NCBI GenBank assembly: GCA_973895155.1
Contig: OZ316896.1
Coordinates: 7,024,232-7,088,231, forward strand
Reading direction: 5' to 3'
Length of the DNA stretch: 64,000 nt
DNA from: Marsupella aquatica
Lineage: Eukaryota; Plantae; Marchantiophyta
How positions within the stretch are numbered: the stretch's first letter is position 1; each line of letters begins with the position of its first letter. The translations under genes were made by a program, and so were the position numbers. Below, piece after piece: positions 23,178 to 36,900 of the stretch. The notes under the pieces are model-generated. The model ran no database searches. It saw nothing but the letters and a program-made list of their open reading frames with translations, and had not been told where the DNA came from.

Positions 23178-26100
23178 CTACAAACCACACATTTCAGGTG
23201 TCCTTATGTAATCTGTTGGCCACAACACCAAAGAGTTCAGAGCATCTGCAATAATTGTCTGTGGCAGGTCATCATTCAAATTAGGAACTGGTAAAGGGGT
23301 CTTTGGGTTCACAAGCTTTGTCAACAACACTACAGAATACCCTGCTGGTATTTCTTTGCAATGGAATGTAATCTGCTCAGGGCGCAATTTTCCATACCCT
23401 ACACACAACTCATTTTGTTGTGGTGAGAACAATACATACTCAGGATGTGTCTGAGTTTTCAATTCTGCATCAACTTTACGCTTCTTTGCCGCTGCCACTC
23501 TACCACTTGCCCTGGCCCGACTCTTCACCTTCCGAATAGGTCTCCCAGCAGCTGAAAGCTCTACTTCTACTCCACCGTCTGTGGTCACACCCTGTATGTC
23601 ACCTGCCTGTGATGGAATTTGGGTCTCCACCTGGCCCTCCGTTTTGCATCCATTCTCACCGGCTTTGGCAACTTCTATTAACTCTTCATATGAATCCAAA
23701 CTGGGGGTATTCAGTACATTGGTAACCTCTGCAATAAGAAAATAGCAAGTCAACAGCCTATCAGCATTTTTGCCTTATCTCCAATCATGGAAACATATAA
23801 CAAAACACATTTTTTGCCTCATCTCCAATCATGGAAACATATGAGAAACCTTACCTTCCATTGCTGGGGCCATGGTACCCTCCACATCCCTTTCTGTGGG
23901 CTCCACCTCCATTTGCTGTTCAATGTTACCCTCTGGATTCATCAAATTGGAGTAATGTGACAGGTCTCTAGAACCTCCATTCCATATTGCATTCATTATA
24001 CATTTGTATTGGTCTTCTTGCACACGAATAAGCTTCTGAACATCTTCCTTTAAAGCAGTCAACTCACTTGCCATTTCACTCAATTTCACGGTCACATCAT
24101 TCTCATGAGACTCCATACATTTCAGACGATCTGATAAATCGCTAAGAGAACATGATCCACCTCCCTGCAAACACATATGTCCAACAGAGTCAATCCATTA
24201 CACCTGGAAAATAATATATGGTCCCATTGTTCATGCAAACTAGGGAATGTGGACCTCAAAGAACACTATCTGGTATGAGTACTCACTTGGTTCGAAGGAT
24301 CACTCTGGCCAGATTTCTGCTTCTGTTTTCTTGCTTCAGCTCTCACCTCTTCTTTTGTAGGGGACTGTCCATTTTGTGCCTTCTGCATACATCATATTTT
24401 CACACATTATTTGCTCGGACACAAAAAAACTCCAATACATTGTAGAAGCTAGGTCTGCCAATCCAACGATTATTCTTACCAGCTGCTCTACTATCGGAGC
24501 ATTCCCTTTCCTTCCCGTCAAGTTAAGGTTCTGAACGTTGCCACGTGCATATGCCATCTGGGAACTCTTACTCTTGCCGGATTCACTCAAGAAGTGATGG
24601 ACTAGCTTGCTCCATTGAAGAGGATCTGTCAATGGGGGAGCAGACATTCTTTGGTCCTCTCCACCTTCTTGAAACAACACGTGCAATCTCCACCTCTCAT
24701 TTTTCAGAATTGTCTTTGCATGAGCCTGAAGACACTCCATGGCTACTCCATCCGGATGGCCCACATATTTCCATTTTGCGGCTACATTGTCAACAACTTG
24801 TTGCCAATCTGCTGGATGCTGCTGCACAAAATTCACCACACTCAAATCCAGCCATCGCAATATTTCACCTTTCAAGTCAGCCAACCAACGATTCTTCCCT
24901 GCAGATGCACTGTTCACCCAACGGTTGCTCCCAATGTCCACTACTCCTTTCTTGGTTCTGTTAGGTCCTGCATTGCTTTCTGTGGTACTGCTTGGTGTGA
25001 CAGGTTTAGGATTCGCTGGAACTTTTGCACTACCCTTTAGTGGACTTCTAATGCCCCTGCATCATCCCACATCCATGTGACATCATACAATAGTAACATC
25101 AATACCTTTGTATACGTCAAATAGTGGATACCAATTGCAATCTAACTTGCAACCTGACCATCTTCACAGAATGCCCATCTCCCAGCCAAGTATTGTTTAT
25201 TGTTTCATAAGTGTAACTTACCAGATGCTTTGCCGACACTCTGTGGATAAGAGGCAGGCTCAACTACCTGTACATCTTCCCCACCAGCCAACCAATCAGG
25301 CTCTGGCCATTGCTCAGAACCATAGGCTACAATTGTCCCTTGTCCTGCCTCTACTTCAGGTTCATAGTAAACCTCCTTGTCAGTTACTCCCCAATCCAGG
25401 ATGGACAGAATCTGTAGTCACATAATTAAGCACTTTAATTAGGTCTCTAACATCACACTAGCATACCCTTTATATATTTCCAAAGTAATTTACATAAATG
25501 CCAGAATTGAAGGGCAATCCCTACTCACATCTCCAATCGTCTCCTGTGGCTCCATACTGCTCAGTATGTTGTGTTGGTCTACCTTGGCCCCGTGTAATGT
25601 GTGGTGGTGGTGGACCCGTAACATACACAACAGTGTGGCCAGCAGGTGGTGGTGGTCCATACCCATCCACTTGTGGGGCTGCTCTCCCCTGAGAGGGTGC
25701 ACTGTGTGTTGGTGGTGCTCCATACACCACAGTGTACCCCTCGCTGCGTGGGGTTGCTCTAACCTGACCTTCACCTGTGCTGTGGGTATGTGTTGTTGCT
25801 CTACTTGCAAAGGAGGGTGGGATGTGCCCACCATGTGGTGCAGCTCCATACACAATAGTGTGACCACCTACACCAACAGTTGTTGTTCCATACCCACTGC
25901 TCTGTTGGGTTTTACCTGGAGGTGGAGGTGATATGTGCCCAGCACGCCCCACTAGTCCAGACCCACGTGCAATGTAATGCACTATGCTTCGCCCTCCAGA
26001 TGTTGTTGTACTGTGCCCACAGCCCATACCCCGAGCAGCAAGTCCACCTCTCTTAGCCTGCAAGAACATATGTGCAAGGACAATAAACTTAAAAGAAGTA

Positions 26101-26771
26101 TCAGTGATTTCACTAACTCTGGACATTCTTTTGTCCAATTTTTGATCATAAAATTTCCAACAACAATTATTCTTTTCCCTATAACTTGAGTTCTAGAGTA
26201 CATTGTATGTTATGCATAGAATTATTAGGAGTAGCTTGTTAAGCTTCATATATCTTGATCAAAAAATTTCAAATATGATATTGATAAGTCTCATATTTAT
26301 CTACAATTTAGTTGATTTAAATTTCCAAAAAGTTGTTATGAAATTTCCAAATCGTTAATAATATTCCAGAATTAGTGAAACTATTGATAAGTATCTTCCT
26401 TTGACTTGCCACACTCACATGAGCCAAACATATCACTAATGTGATACACTACTTCAACACTTCATTACCACAATTTTGTTGGGCTCCACGACAGTATGCT
26501 TGCCCTGCCCATATTCTTCATCATCTGCATCGGGCTCCTCCTCTGGATAGTACTCTACATCATCAAATTCCTTATGGTTTTCATCGGATCCAACATCTTG
26601 CCCATCATCTGCAGAATCTGCCATCGATGGAATGTCCTTCACTACTAGTCTCTCACTGCGTCGCCGAGGTCCACTTGCACTGTCACTGATGCTTTGCCTA
26701 GCCCTTTTCTGCACTACACTTCTCCTCTCTGGGAGCCTGCATGCCATCCAAAAGAAACATCCATTGAACAA
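23178..26771 (-). pseudogene. CACTA TnpA/Ptta-like accessory gene (multi-exon)
   Basis: ORF 24336-24941 LKNERWRLH...QWSKLVHHFLSESGKSKSSQMAYARG resembles plant Ptta/En/Spm transposase. Terminal exon 23178-23753 (VGYG..HCKEIPAGYSVV..PLPVP..VLWP). Exon structure is not fully resolved. Confidence 0.6.
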
Positions 26772-26991
26772 CTCTAGTAAACATAGCTACATTCATTCCC
26801 ATTAATGAGCAAAGTCTGGATAGGTTCTGTGGATGATAATTGTTCCCTTACAAAGCGGAAAATCCTTGTCTGAGCTCAGCTCTCAAAGCTGCCAGCCTCT
26901 CATCAACATATGCTGCATGTATCATGGCTTGCTTTTCAGACTCACTCATCTCATCATCATCTTCTTCCATGATCCTATTCAATGACAAACA

Positions 26992-29900
26992 TTATTGCAT
27001 ACGCATGGTGTCAGGCTCAGCCTCTACAAATGGCTCCTCACCCTCCCAAGCATCCACCCGTGTTAGAGGAACATACTCCGTGCTTGTCTGAACAGTACCA
27101 ACGTCTCCAGTACGTGGTTGTTCAAATGCACTATGTCTATCTAAATGAAACTCTAGCTTTGACCCTTCTACCCTACAATTTCTGGGCAGCTTATGACACA
27201 CTACCCTCCAACTTGGGTTCTCTTCCACATCCAAGAAGAAGGCCTGCTCCACCTGACTGGGATACACAAAAGGCTGCTCCCATTCGGGCAACTTGGACTT
27301 GAAATTGGCAAGCAGAAAGCCATCCCGATCTCTTTTCATACTGGCCCTGTTACCACGCCACACTTGTCTTACCCATTCACCCTTCATCAAAATTACAGGA
27401 GTGGATGTGGCTCCATAGTCAAGAAGCCAGATATCACTTAGTTCTCCTACATACCCCATCTGCAACACTCCTCTACTTTCATCAGTGCTCTCATGCTGAA
27501 ATACACAAATGAGCCCACAATCATATGTTACCCTGGAAGAAGTTGTTTCATCTCTCACTCTATAGTGATTGCCATATGCTGCCATCCGTTTGTAAGACTT
27601 TACCAGCAACCATGGAGGATTGGACAGGAGATAGACATCTGCATCCATATTAGGATGGCTTGCATGATGCTCTCGAACTGTGCATCTCAGCCATTCTGAC
27701 ATGCATGGGAATGTGGCAGACGTGCTTGATTGAATAGCCTTCTGTGCCTCATACTCCCTACACATATAAGTGCATGGATTTAGCAATCAGAGTACACATT
27801 CTATACATGTCTGCAATTTAGAAACCAAGGGCAGCAAAGAAAATTGAAAACAAGTTACATACAGGGAGACCAAAGTAGGTACTCACTCTAGCCAGGGTTG
27901 CATTGCATCAGTGTTTTCCAGAACGTACTGATGAGCCAAGTCTCTAATTTTGATGGTCAGCTTCACTGTGGTTGCAGCACCTTGTAGGACTTCCCCAGAC
28001 ACCCCTTCTTCTTCATCAGAATTCCATACTCGCCTTGTCACATGCTCGTAATCTGCTAGGTACTCTGTGATGTAGCCCAGAGTTTCATCTTTTATATAAC
28101 CCGGAGCCATACTTGCCTCTGGCCTATAGTAAGATCGCACATGACCCTTCATCAACTTCATGTACCGCTCTAGGGGGTACAACCAGCATGCTGTCACCGG
28201 CCCATACTGGTCTATTTCTTCCACAACATGGATGAGCAGATGAGTCATTACATCAAAGAATGCAGGCGGGAAATATATTTCAAGATCGCACAACAATAGT
28301 GCCACATCTTTCTTCAACTGGGGAAACTGTGCAGCATCCCACACCTTCACACAAACTCTGCGGAACACATCACTCAGACGCAATATAACTTTACGCACAG
28401 GCTCTTGCATGAGGCCCCTCAAGCACAATGGCAGGACTTGTTGCATCATGACATGGTAGTCATGGGTTTTCATACTACCAAATTGGAATTTGTTATCCTG
28501 CACATGCCTCTTGAATGCACTAGCATAATCTGTAGGAGCTCGGAGTGAACTCAACCTTGATAAAAAGGTCTGCCACTCTGTGTCTGTGCAACAATATGGT
28601 GCTTGGTACTTCAAAAACACGTTTGCCCTACTCTGGTGTGTTGTAAGCCAAAGGTGGGGTCGAATTCCCCTGTCCTGTAGATCCATACGTACAGAGCCCG
28701 TGTCCTTTTCTCCACTCAAAAATCGGAGTAGACTCTCGCATATGTTCTTCTCTATGTGCATAACATCAATATTATGTTTGTTTGGATCAAACTCCTGCAA
28801 CTCCAAAACATCAAGCAATGAGCAAATCTCAATCTTCATAATACATACATACTACTTCATACAATCTAACAACTAAATTGACTGAATCACATATATGGGT
28901 TGTTGGGGAGAGGAGCTTACTCGCCAATACTCCAGCTGCAAGTCCAAAATGGACTGTCATTTCACACCATACAACCTTGCAGGATCCCGTACTCCATCCT
29001 CTGCTCCTCCATCTGCATCATACTGTGCCTTGGCAGCCCCCCAAGAACTTATTTGCTCCTTCACTCGAGGTGGGGGACTGCGAAGCTCCGTGCGCTTGTT
29101 AAAATGTGCTATAAGATTGGGTCTACGTCTGTAAGGGTGATCAGAGGGCAGAAATTGACGGTGACCAAGGTATTTGATACACTTCAAGGACTTTTAATAG
29201 TCACTTGTCACATGGGGGCCACATCTTGTGCAAGCTAAATATCCTTTCCCAACCTGGCCTGCAATCATGCTATGGGCAGGGTAATCTGCAATAGTCAACA
29301 TTATAATAGCTCTAAACAAGAATGGATTGGCTTCACCAATCCTCTGCAGCATATCATATGTGAGCACTCCAGTGTACCATAGCTTTCTTAGTTCCTCTAC
29401 TAGAGGAGCAAGATACACATCTATATTGGCTGCAACAACACTGTCTGGCCCTGGAATCAACAATGCCAACATTACAAAGAACTGCTTTGTAGTCAACCAT
29501 GGGGGAAGGTTGTAATTCAAAAGGGTTACAGGCCAACAAGAGTACGCATTGTTCTTCTCGCCAAATGGGAACACCCCATCCAATGATAACCCAAGCCTAA
29601 CATTCCTTGTCTCCCTAGAAAACTCAGGATACGCATCATCAATCAACTTCCATTGCTTTGAATCTCCAGCATGGCGTTGTAGCCCATCTCGACTTTTGTT
29701 CTTAGCTGTCCATGTCATCAACTCTGATATGGCACGGCTCCTGAACATTTGCTGCAGTCTGGGAATTATAGGAAAGTGACGGAGTACTTTTGTAAGTTGC
29801 TTGGACTTCCCATTGTTCCGGTACCTGTGCTTCCCACATGTAGGGCATGTCAACTTCTTCTGATGTTCGTTTCTGAAAAGACCATGCCCATCAGGACAGA

Positions 29901-30732
29901 CATGTATTGACTCATAGTTCAGCCCAAGTTTTGATATCAATCTCTTTGCCTCGTACATGTTTTTTGGCACTAGATTACCTCCTGGTAGCACTGTTTTTTG
30001 CAAGAAGGCCAGAACCTCGGACACAAAGATGTTTGGCACATTGTGGTTCCCACAAATATTCAGAAACATTAGCACAAATGCTAATTTGGAACAATTGCTT
30101 CCTGGGAACAGCGGATTGAAGGCCTCCTGAACTTCGGTTGGGGAGCCAAACAGGGTGTCCTCTCCAGCTGTAGCCTGTTGCCCAATCTCAAACTCATCTG
30201 AAGACTCGTGGTCATCACCCGGTGCGGTCTCAAACTCTTCTACATCTTCCATGTCCCGCATTGCATCCATGTCCTGGAAAATATCCTGCACCATTTGCTG
30301 AACATTGATCCCTTTTTCTGCAGGCTGCTGAAGGACTTCGGACCCACCCAGTTGAGTCATCACATTTGCCAACCAACCAGTGAAGAACTGGTCTCGCCTT
30401 GCACTATTTGCATTCTCAAAGTCAGCCCTCCATTCCTCATCTGAAGAATCAGCCTCATTCGGATTGTTTGTAACACGCCAACGAGGGTGTCTCCCATGAA
30501 TTGCCAAGTGCCCATGAATCTGCCTCAAGACTCTGGTGTGGGAGCCATTGCATTGAGTGCAAGGACATCTCATTCGTGAACTTGGACCTGACCGTGCCAC
30601 TTTGGCCTGTTCCCGATTCCAGAGCTTCTGGTCATGTTGGGAAACCCTCATTGGATGATGTAGAGGCAACCTGGCAGATGTTGGATGGGTCCAAGGGGGA
30701 GGGTGACCTACGGACACTCTTCTAGACTCCAT
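26992..30732 (-). pseudogene. CACTA transposase (Tnp2/TnpD with DUF4218/DUF4216-like C-terminus)
   Basis: Motifs CPCTQC, IHVCPDG..CPTCGKHRY, FPIIPRL, RNVRLGLSLDG, YNLPPW, IDVYLAPLVEEL, ADYPA, HRQFLPSDHPYRR, IDVMHIEKN, FPPAFFDVMTHL, YPLERYM. Stop at 29194; introns ~28840-28956 and ~27760-27885. Confidence 0.9.
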
Positions 30733-31145
30733 CTTAGAGTTTAGAACACAGGCACTCAGATTTAATTGTCATTTCATTATGAAAGTGGAAAATACATTTC
30801 TTGTTTAGTTGTGTTCCGATGTTCACACTATCTACCAAAACATATGATATGATATAGTGTAGTAAATCATGCATAGACTTTCTACAACCACCAAAAAAAC
30901 AAGAAAGGTTCCTGAATCGTGTACCTATTCTCAGGTCACACTGTAACAAAATTCCTAACTGTCTCAGGGTGTCACCTCCTTTGCTGTCCTCACTTATACT
31001 GCCTCAGTCTGCAATGGCCAACCAAGCACGTACATCCATGACCATATCAGAGTCCAATCACCTATAGTCATAGACAAACGTGCCTGGTGTGAGAGCAGTA
31101 TGAGATCTCCTCATGTTATTACCAGAGTTCATCTGGATACCCGCC

Positions 31146-31703
31146 CTATTCTCGATGGTAGTCACACCTGAGGTACACTGGCATGTACATCAGGTCATCA
31201 AGGAGTATGCCCTGGGCATACCAAGGTGGGGTTCCATCTGTGCCTACAAGAAGTGGTTCTAATGCCCTCCACTGGGGGGAGCGAGCTACCAAGTCCCTCC
31301 ATTGTGTGCTAATTAGTTTATATTTGCAAATGTCTTGTGCGGTTGACCACAGAAGAATTTTGGGCCACACATCCGACAACATTATATCATCTGGCAAACT
31401 AGGCAACAAGGAAGTCCCCACAACATTCTGCTCTTCAATTTCATTTGCTGAAAAATAAGATTCATCGTCTCTTGCATCCTCAGGCGGTGTTGAAATATGT
31501 TTCAACACCAACCCATGCAGGAGAGTCCAAACAGTGGCCAGCCATGTGGCAACCCGGAGGAGGAGCCTACATAGCGCCTGTTGATGTAAGAAAGGCAACA
31601 TACCCACCAAAGTCTGCCGCCAAGATTTCAGCCCACCCAGTAAGTTTATAGTGACACCCCCTGGCAGCAGTAAAATAAGTCCAATTGCGACCAACCATAA
31701 CAA
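31146..31703 (-). CDS. F-box-like protein (CACTA cargo)
   Basis: LPSLPDDIMLSDVWPKILL...KYKLISTQWRDLV resembles the F-box consensus. Start uncertain. Confidence 0.45.
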   Translation of the reverse strand: MLWLVAIGLILLLPGGVTINLLGGLKSWRQTLVGMLPFLHQQALCRLLLRVATWLATVWTLLHGLVLKHISTPPEDARDDESYFSANEIEEQNVVGTSLLPSLPDDIMLSDVWPKILLWSTAQDICKYKLISTQWRDLVARSPQWRALEPLLVGTDGTPPWYAQGILLDDLMYMPVYLRCDYHRE

Positions 31704-31787
31704 GCTACGTTAGTTCAAATATCACATTTATTTCAAAGATGTGATTTGTACACAAAGCTTCTCAAAACTGATGCTACTACGTACTCC

Positions 31788-32660
31788 TCACTCTGATTCA
31801 GAATCGCTAATAACCTCTTCCTCACTTGTTGTCACATAGTTTTCACTGTGAGGATCCTGACCCTTCCGTGGCCAGGCCTCAAAAAGATCATAGTCCATTG
31901 GGTTTTGACGCTTCCCAGCTGCTACTGATTCCACAAGCCAAGCATATGAAACCACAAACACATTATGGGACATGACATAAAAGCGAATGTCACCCTTCCC
32001 AAACTTGCGGCAGGCTTTGGGATATGACTTAGTAATGACATGAGTGGTGTCCTCTGTTATATTCTCCTCCACTGTCCCACCTAGGTCAAGCATTGTGGAC
32101 TTGTACACTTTGCACTTAACCTCTCCAATTCCCGCCTCCACAAAAACCATGCTCAGCCCTTTCAGAATGGGGGTTGGTTGCTTCATCTCCTTAGCCAACA
32201 TACTCTTCAGCCTTCTTGAGCTTTGTCCTTTGTTGAGTACAGGTCCATATTGGACATCAGCAAGCCGTGCCTTTGCTTCCCAGACTTCTTGTTCAGCCCA
32301 AGCTAATGCAGTAGCTTCTTCATCCTCCCACAGTTCATATTGCTCAGTATCCCGTACAATCTAATGTGCTATGGAATCTGTGATCCAAGAGGCCTCAACT
32401 ACTTTTAGGCCTTGCTCAGTAATTGCAGAATTCATGTAGGACCATGACCATTTCTTTATCACTGATAGCCATGTCCCTACAACAACATGTGTAGTCTATG
32501 GAGTGATGTCCTGCACTACAATGCCATGGAGCTCAGAGAATTGTTTCTGTACAGTTGGCCAATGCACTTTGGTCAACCCATGCTGGCCATGGACCAAAAT
32601 GGCTCTGACCCCTGTAAACATTGCTGGGTGGTCACACTTTCTACGTTTCCCAGGCTCCAT
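31788..32660 (-). pseudogene. Tandem BRCT-domain protein (CACTA cargo)
   Basis: BRCT1 MFTGVRAILV..GIVVQDITP*TTHVVV..VVEASWITDSI (two TAG stops). BRCT2 LKGLSMVFV..LGGTVEENITEDTTHVIT..VVSYAWLVESV. Confidence 0.75.
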
Positions 32661-33279
32661 GTACACACACCCTACGTGATCAGAGTGAATATTGGAAGAG
32701 TGGGTTCACCTGCCAATAGAAGGACACCAAAATTCCTGCTTTTTAAGTTGATCCGGTCCACTGTTGCTCAAGTCCAATTTTGATAGGTACAGGGGATATG
32801 TGAACAATAAGTACTAGGCACCTGCACCGATGCAAGACATTGTTTGAGTATATACTAGGAAATCCATATCAAAGGTAAAATGAAGTGCAACCAACTTGTC
32901 ATGGCCGCACATACATATTTTGTTGTAAAGGAGGATACATTCAATGACAAAGTTATAGGGCAATTTGATTAATTGCATGCCTGATAATTTATATGCTTAC
33001 AACTTTGAAGTCCTGTTTTAATTTAGCAGTCTGATGAGAGTGTTTGTGAAAATGACCACTCAGCCTAAATACTTCCAAGAAGGCTTGTAAGGATAATTTT
33101 TTATAGGCATGTACCCAGCCACTGACGCTAGAGCACAGGATAAGTGCTGCCTATACAAACTTGCCTACCCAACTCCTTTTCAAAATTGGAATCTCTGCAA
33201 TCCCCAAAAAATAGTACATCCACATCAGGTGCCCTGTGCATGTACAATGTTCAGCTTCACAGCCAAGATATGTGATCTC

Positions 33280-33960
33280 TCACAGGAGTGCGCAAGGTAG
33301 GATCAATGGCATGGCGATGACAATAAATATCCATCGATCAACACCATGTGCAGAGTGATCATAGATTTCTCTATCACAAGCATAACCCTCTGCTTGATGA
33401 TCTTTCAAGCAATGATAGAGCCACATAGTGGGACACCTAGCACAATGGACTATGTCAGCCCAATACTCATCATCATGCTCACCACATGCCTTGCACCTAT
33501 GAAGTGGGCAAGTTGTGGCATGAGCAGGCAAACACTCAAAACAGAAAAACCTCACACAAAAACGGTCTGGACATTTCCTAACATCCGGTGCAGCATCAAC
33601 AAAGCCCTCATAGGACCCCAACTTCCCACACTGTGCACACTTAGCCTGCTTCTCCAAACAATCAATGCACATCCAGTCTCCCTGGTGTGTTGATGGGAGG
33701 CCCACCCCTGGACAATTGTTTTCTGCAGCAAGGTGAGACTCCGGGTTGAGGTGGAAATGCCTCATGCAAGGGCCCTCACAGATGACCAAGCTCCCACCAT
33801 CGTCACAAATGGCACAACAATGAGCTGCCTTCTGGAAAATCTGACTTGCAGAGAAGTTAGTAACGTGTGGCCAGGTACACCTGTGTTGCTCACCTCTATC
33901 ACACGCTTTTTTGCTGGAATTTTGGGGTGTGCCATGCCTACGCATGAGACAGACAGTACA
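33280..33960 (-). CDS. EDM2/NSD-type composite PHD-finger protein exon (CACTA cargo)
   Basis: CAICDDGGSLVICEGPCMRHFH..CIDC..CAQCGKLGS..C...C..FFCFEC..CPLHRCKAC..CARCPTMW..CL closely follows the EDM2 PHD cassette pattern. Confidence 0.7.
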   Translation of the reverse strand, partial: CTVCLMRRHGTPQNSSKKACDRGEQHRCTWPHVTNFSASQIFQKAAHCCAICDDGGSLVICEGPCMRHFHLNPESHLAAENNCPGVGLPSTHQGDWMCIDCLEKQAKCAQCGKLGSYEGFVDAAPDVRKCPDRFCVRFFCFECLPAHATTCPLHRCKACGEHDDEYWADIVHCARCPTMWLYHCLKDHQAEGYACDREIYDHSAHGVDRWIFIVIAMPLILPCALL

Positions 33961-36900
33961 ATTAAGTAGACAATACAGGCAATACATTTTGGCAGACTTT
34001 ACAAACAATATGTTTTAGCAGACTTCACAGAAAGTAAAATTTAGCATTTAAGGTACAACGGCAACTTATACTGCAATGAATTGCAATGGCCACACAAGGA
34101 TGCAGGGCAGACATACTTTTGGTTTGTTGAGCCCACACACAAACTGATCTCCTAGTACAATTGCTCCACCAGCACCTCAATTTCGTGGCTATGATTCACC
34201 AAAAAAGATCTGCAACAACATTTCATGCATTTGAATCACATACAATAATCATCACATGAAAAACAGGCATTTTTCCAACAAGATTGGGATCAAGTAGTGT
34301 GATGAGGGTTATACTTTATACATCCTATATAGGCTATGATAGTGAGACAAATAAGTTTGAATACGTGACTGTATGGGATGTTTGCAGGTTATGACATGGC
34401 CCATTAATTCTGTCATATAATGTTACAATGTTGGCCAAGTTAAAGCAGTCATTCAAGCAGTCTTTCATTGGAGAATTTAAAGAGAGCTTGCTTAATTCTT
34501 ACATTAGGATATTCCACTTAGTGCAGCCAAATTAGGATAAGTTATATACTATGGATCCTAAACCCTGCACCCAAATTGCTCAAACTTCAAAATTTTAAAT
34601 AAATATCCGCGGTGCTTAAGTCAGAACATTAAGTTATAGGTCATTGCACTCTGGTCTGTGCATACGGTGTGACAAGTGCTCCTCTACAACGTGTGATCCA
34701 AACATGTGTAGACACCAAACGCACCGGTGGTGGGGTTTGGGAGGCCAGGACAAGTGACATCGCCAGGCACACTGCAGGATGGCGAGTGGTTCCAGATGAT
34801 ACATTGTGCTCTATGCAAAAATCGACATCCAAGAGAACGGTCATCCAACTCTGGGCCAGAAGCCCGACAGGCAGGATAGTCATATTGGCAACTGTGTACA
34901 CACCCTTGGGCCCTAATTTGTGGCGGGTCATGTACGAGAGACAGAAATACCAAGGATGTTGGGAAGGGTAGAGAAGCAGGTACATGCCGACTGTAGTTAT
35001 TCCTGGCAACAACAAGGTACTCAAAGTACCATGCAAACTGGGCAGGAAGGATCCCAAGTCTCACATACTCAAGGCGCAACCTCTCTGCCTTGCGTGCAAG
35101 CCGCACATGTTCAGCATTGCGGGTGCTCACCATAATTGTTGCTTTTGTTCAGATGTCTTGTGTTCACGTCCTTTGACGTCCTTCGATCAGCAAGGTGAGC
35201 AGGAGCTGTACTTGCCTCACCAACAACAACCAACCTGAACTTATCAGTTCCCACTCACTATGTCATTCCCTTGATTCCAACTAGAGGTCATAGTATAAAC
35301 TTAGCATGAAACACTCCTAATCAACAATGTTGCAAACTACAATATCCAGAAAGACTGAAAGTCTCTGCCTGCAGTGAGCAACAGAGAGGTAGTTCACTGC
35401 TTGCAAGAGTGAACTGAGCAGGAGTGTAGGCAGACTGGCATTCAGTTGGCACAACTATATTTTGCATCAACACAAAAGCTCTTATAAACATGATATGCAT
35501 GAAACTCGTCAATAAAATAGAAGGAAACTAAAGAGTGGATGCAAAACAAAGCATATTACAGCACAGGTCGGCACAGGAAGTGGCCCGCAGCACTCAGTCA
35601 AACTTCATAACCAAAGTACAGACTGTGTACACAATAAGGAGCTTCCTAAAAAAGAGGCCACCAAAAGGGGTGGCAGAAAGGTCACTTGACAAAATGAAGA
35701 TGGGAATGAAAAAACTGCCTCCAAGCTCAATACATGTGACCAAGTATATATTCAAAGAGGATCCCCAACAGAGTAGAAGACAGTATGATCCCAATTACTA
35801 TGTTCTATCCATAACTACACGATCTGAAAAATGTTATGAGCAGACATGAAGAAGCCAGCAAAACAAAGCAAACAGAGCAAAACAGAGCATGGATCGAGAA
35901 AATGAACAACATCTAGTTCTTACGCAAGAAACTCAGTGACAGCAAACAAATTCACCAGCCCCCAGGGAGTGAAAAGCAAATGAGTACCAAGCCAACCAAC
36001 TAAGACTGACTATGAAATGCAAGTGACATCATTTCAACCAAAAAATACAATAAAGCACTTAGGCAACATTAATATAGAAGTGTAGTGGAATTATATCATG
36101 CGACAAATCGTACTTGGTTCTACCTGAGGTGTACAGGCATACTGCCCTCAGGTAGAATGTGTATGCAATTACATACACATGAGGATCCCAAACAAAGCAT
36201 ACAACAATATGATCTGAATTCCCAATTACTCTGTTCTGTCTATACCTATGTTCATCAAAAAATGTTATGAGCAGACATTGAGAAGCTAGCAAAACAGAGG
36301 AGCCAATCGAAGCCAAAATATTACATTGGAGGTTGAATACAGCAGTCACCGCCAAGAATGTATGCATGAAACAAACATGAAGGTATCGAATATGTATATG
36401 CATTCTAGACTTTCATGCTAGACAGTGGCCAAAGTTAAAATGAACTAGTTTTGACTTTATGACTCTCATAATGAAAATATTTTATTTCAGAATTATATTC
36501 TATTTCAGAATTGGTTCAACTCTGTGGATTGTGAACTGTCCCACTTGGAATTCCACTATTTGGGCTATCTAAGAATGCAGTTCAAAGGACATACAGTGCA
36601 AGACAGTTAGAGATCATGTCTTCATTCCGACGTCTAATTGGACATTTTATGTCACAAACTGCGCAAGCAATGAAGTCCATGGAATTGTCTCAAAAATGCA
36701 GCTTCTATTGTTGGTAAAAGCAACTATGAGTTTCCTATTGAGTGCCCCCGATGCACAATACTACCAGAGGCCCACTTTAGACTGCGATGGCTGTCATTAC
36801 TTATTGGGAACTCGGATGCATATATATTGAAATGCTTCGCAGAGTGTTCCAACCACAAAAAACCTAACATCAATCTCAACATTCAGTCCCGTCTCAGAAT

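Noticed and set aside
25490-26138. Separate Gly/Pro-rich protein gene
   Set aside because: Low-complexity repeats inside the CACTA accessory gene region; no independent evidence.
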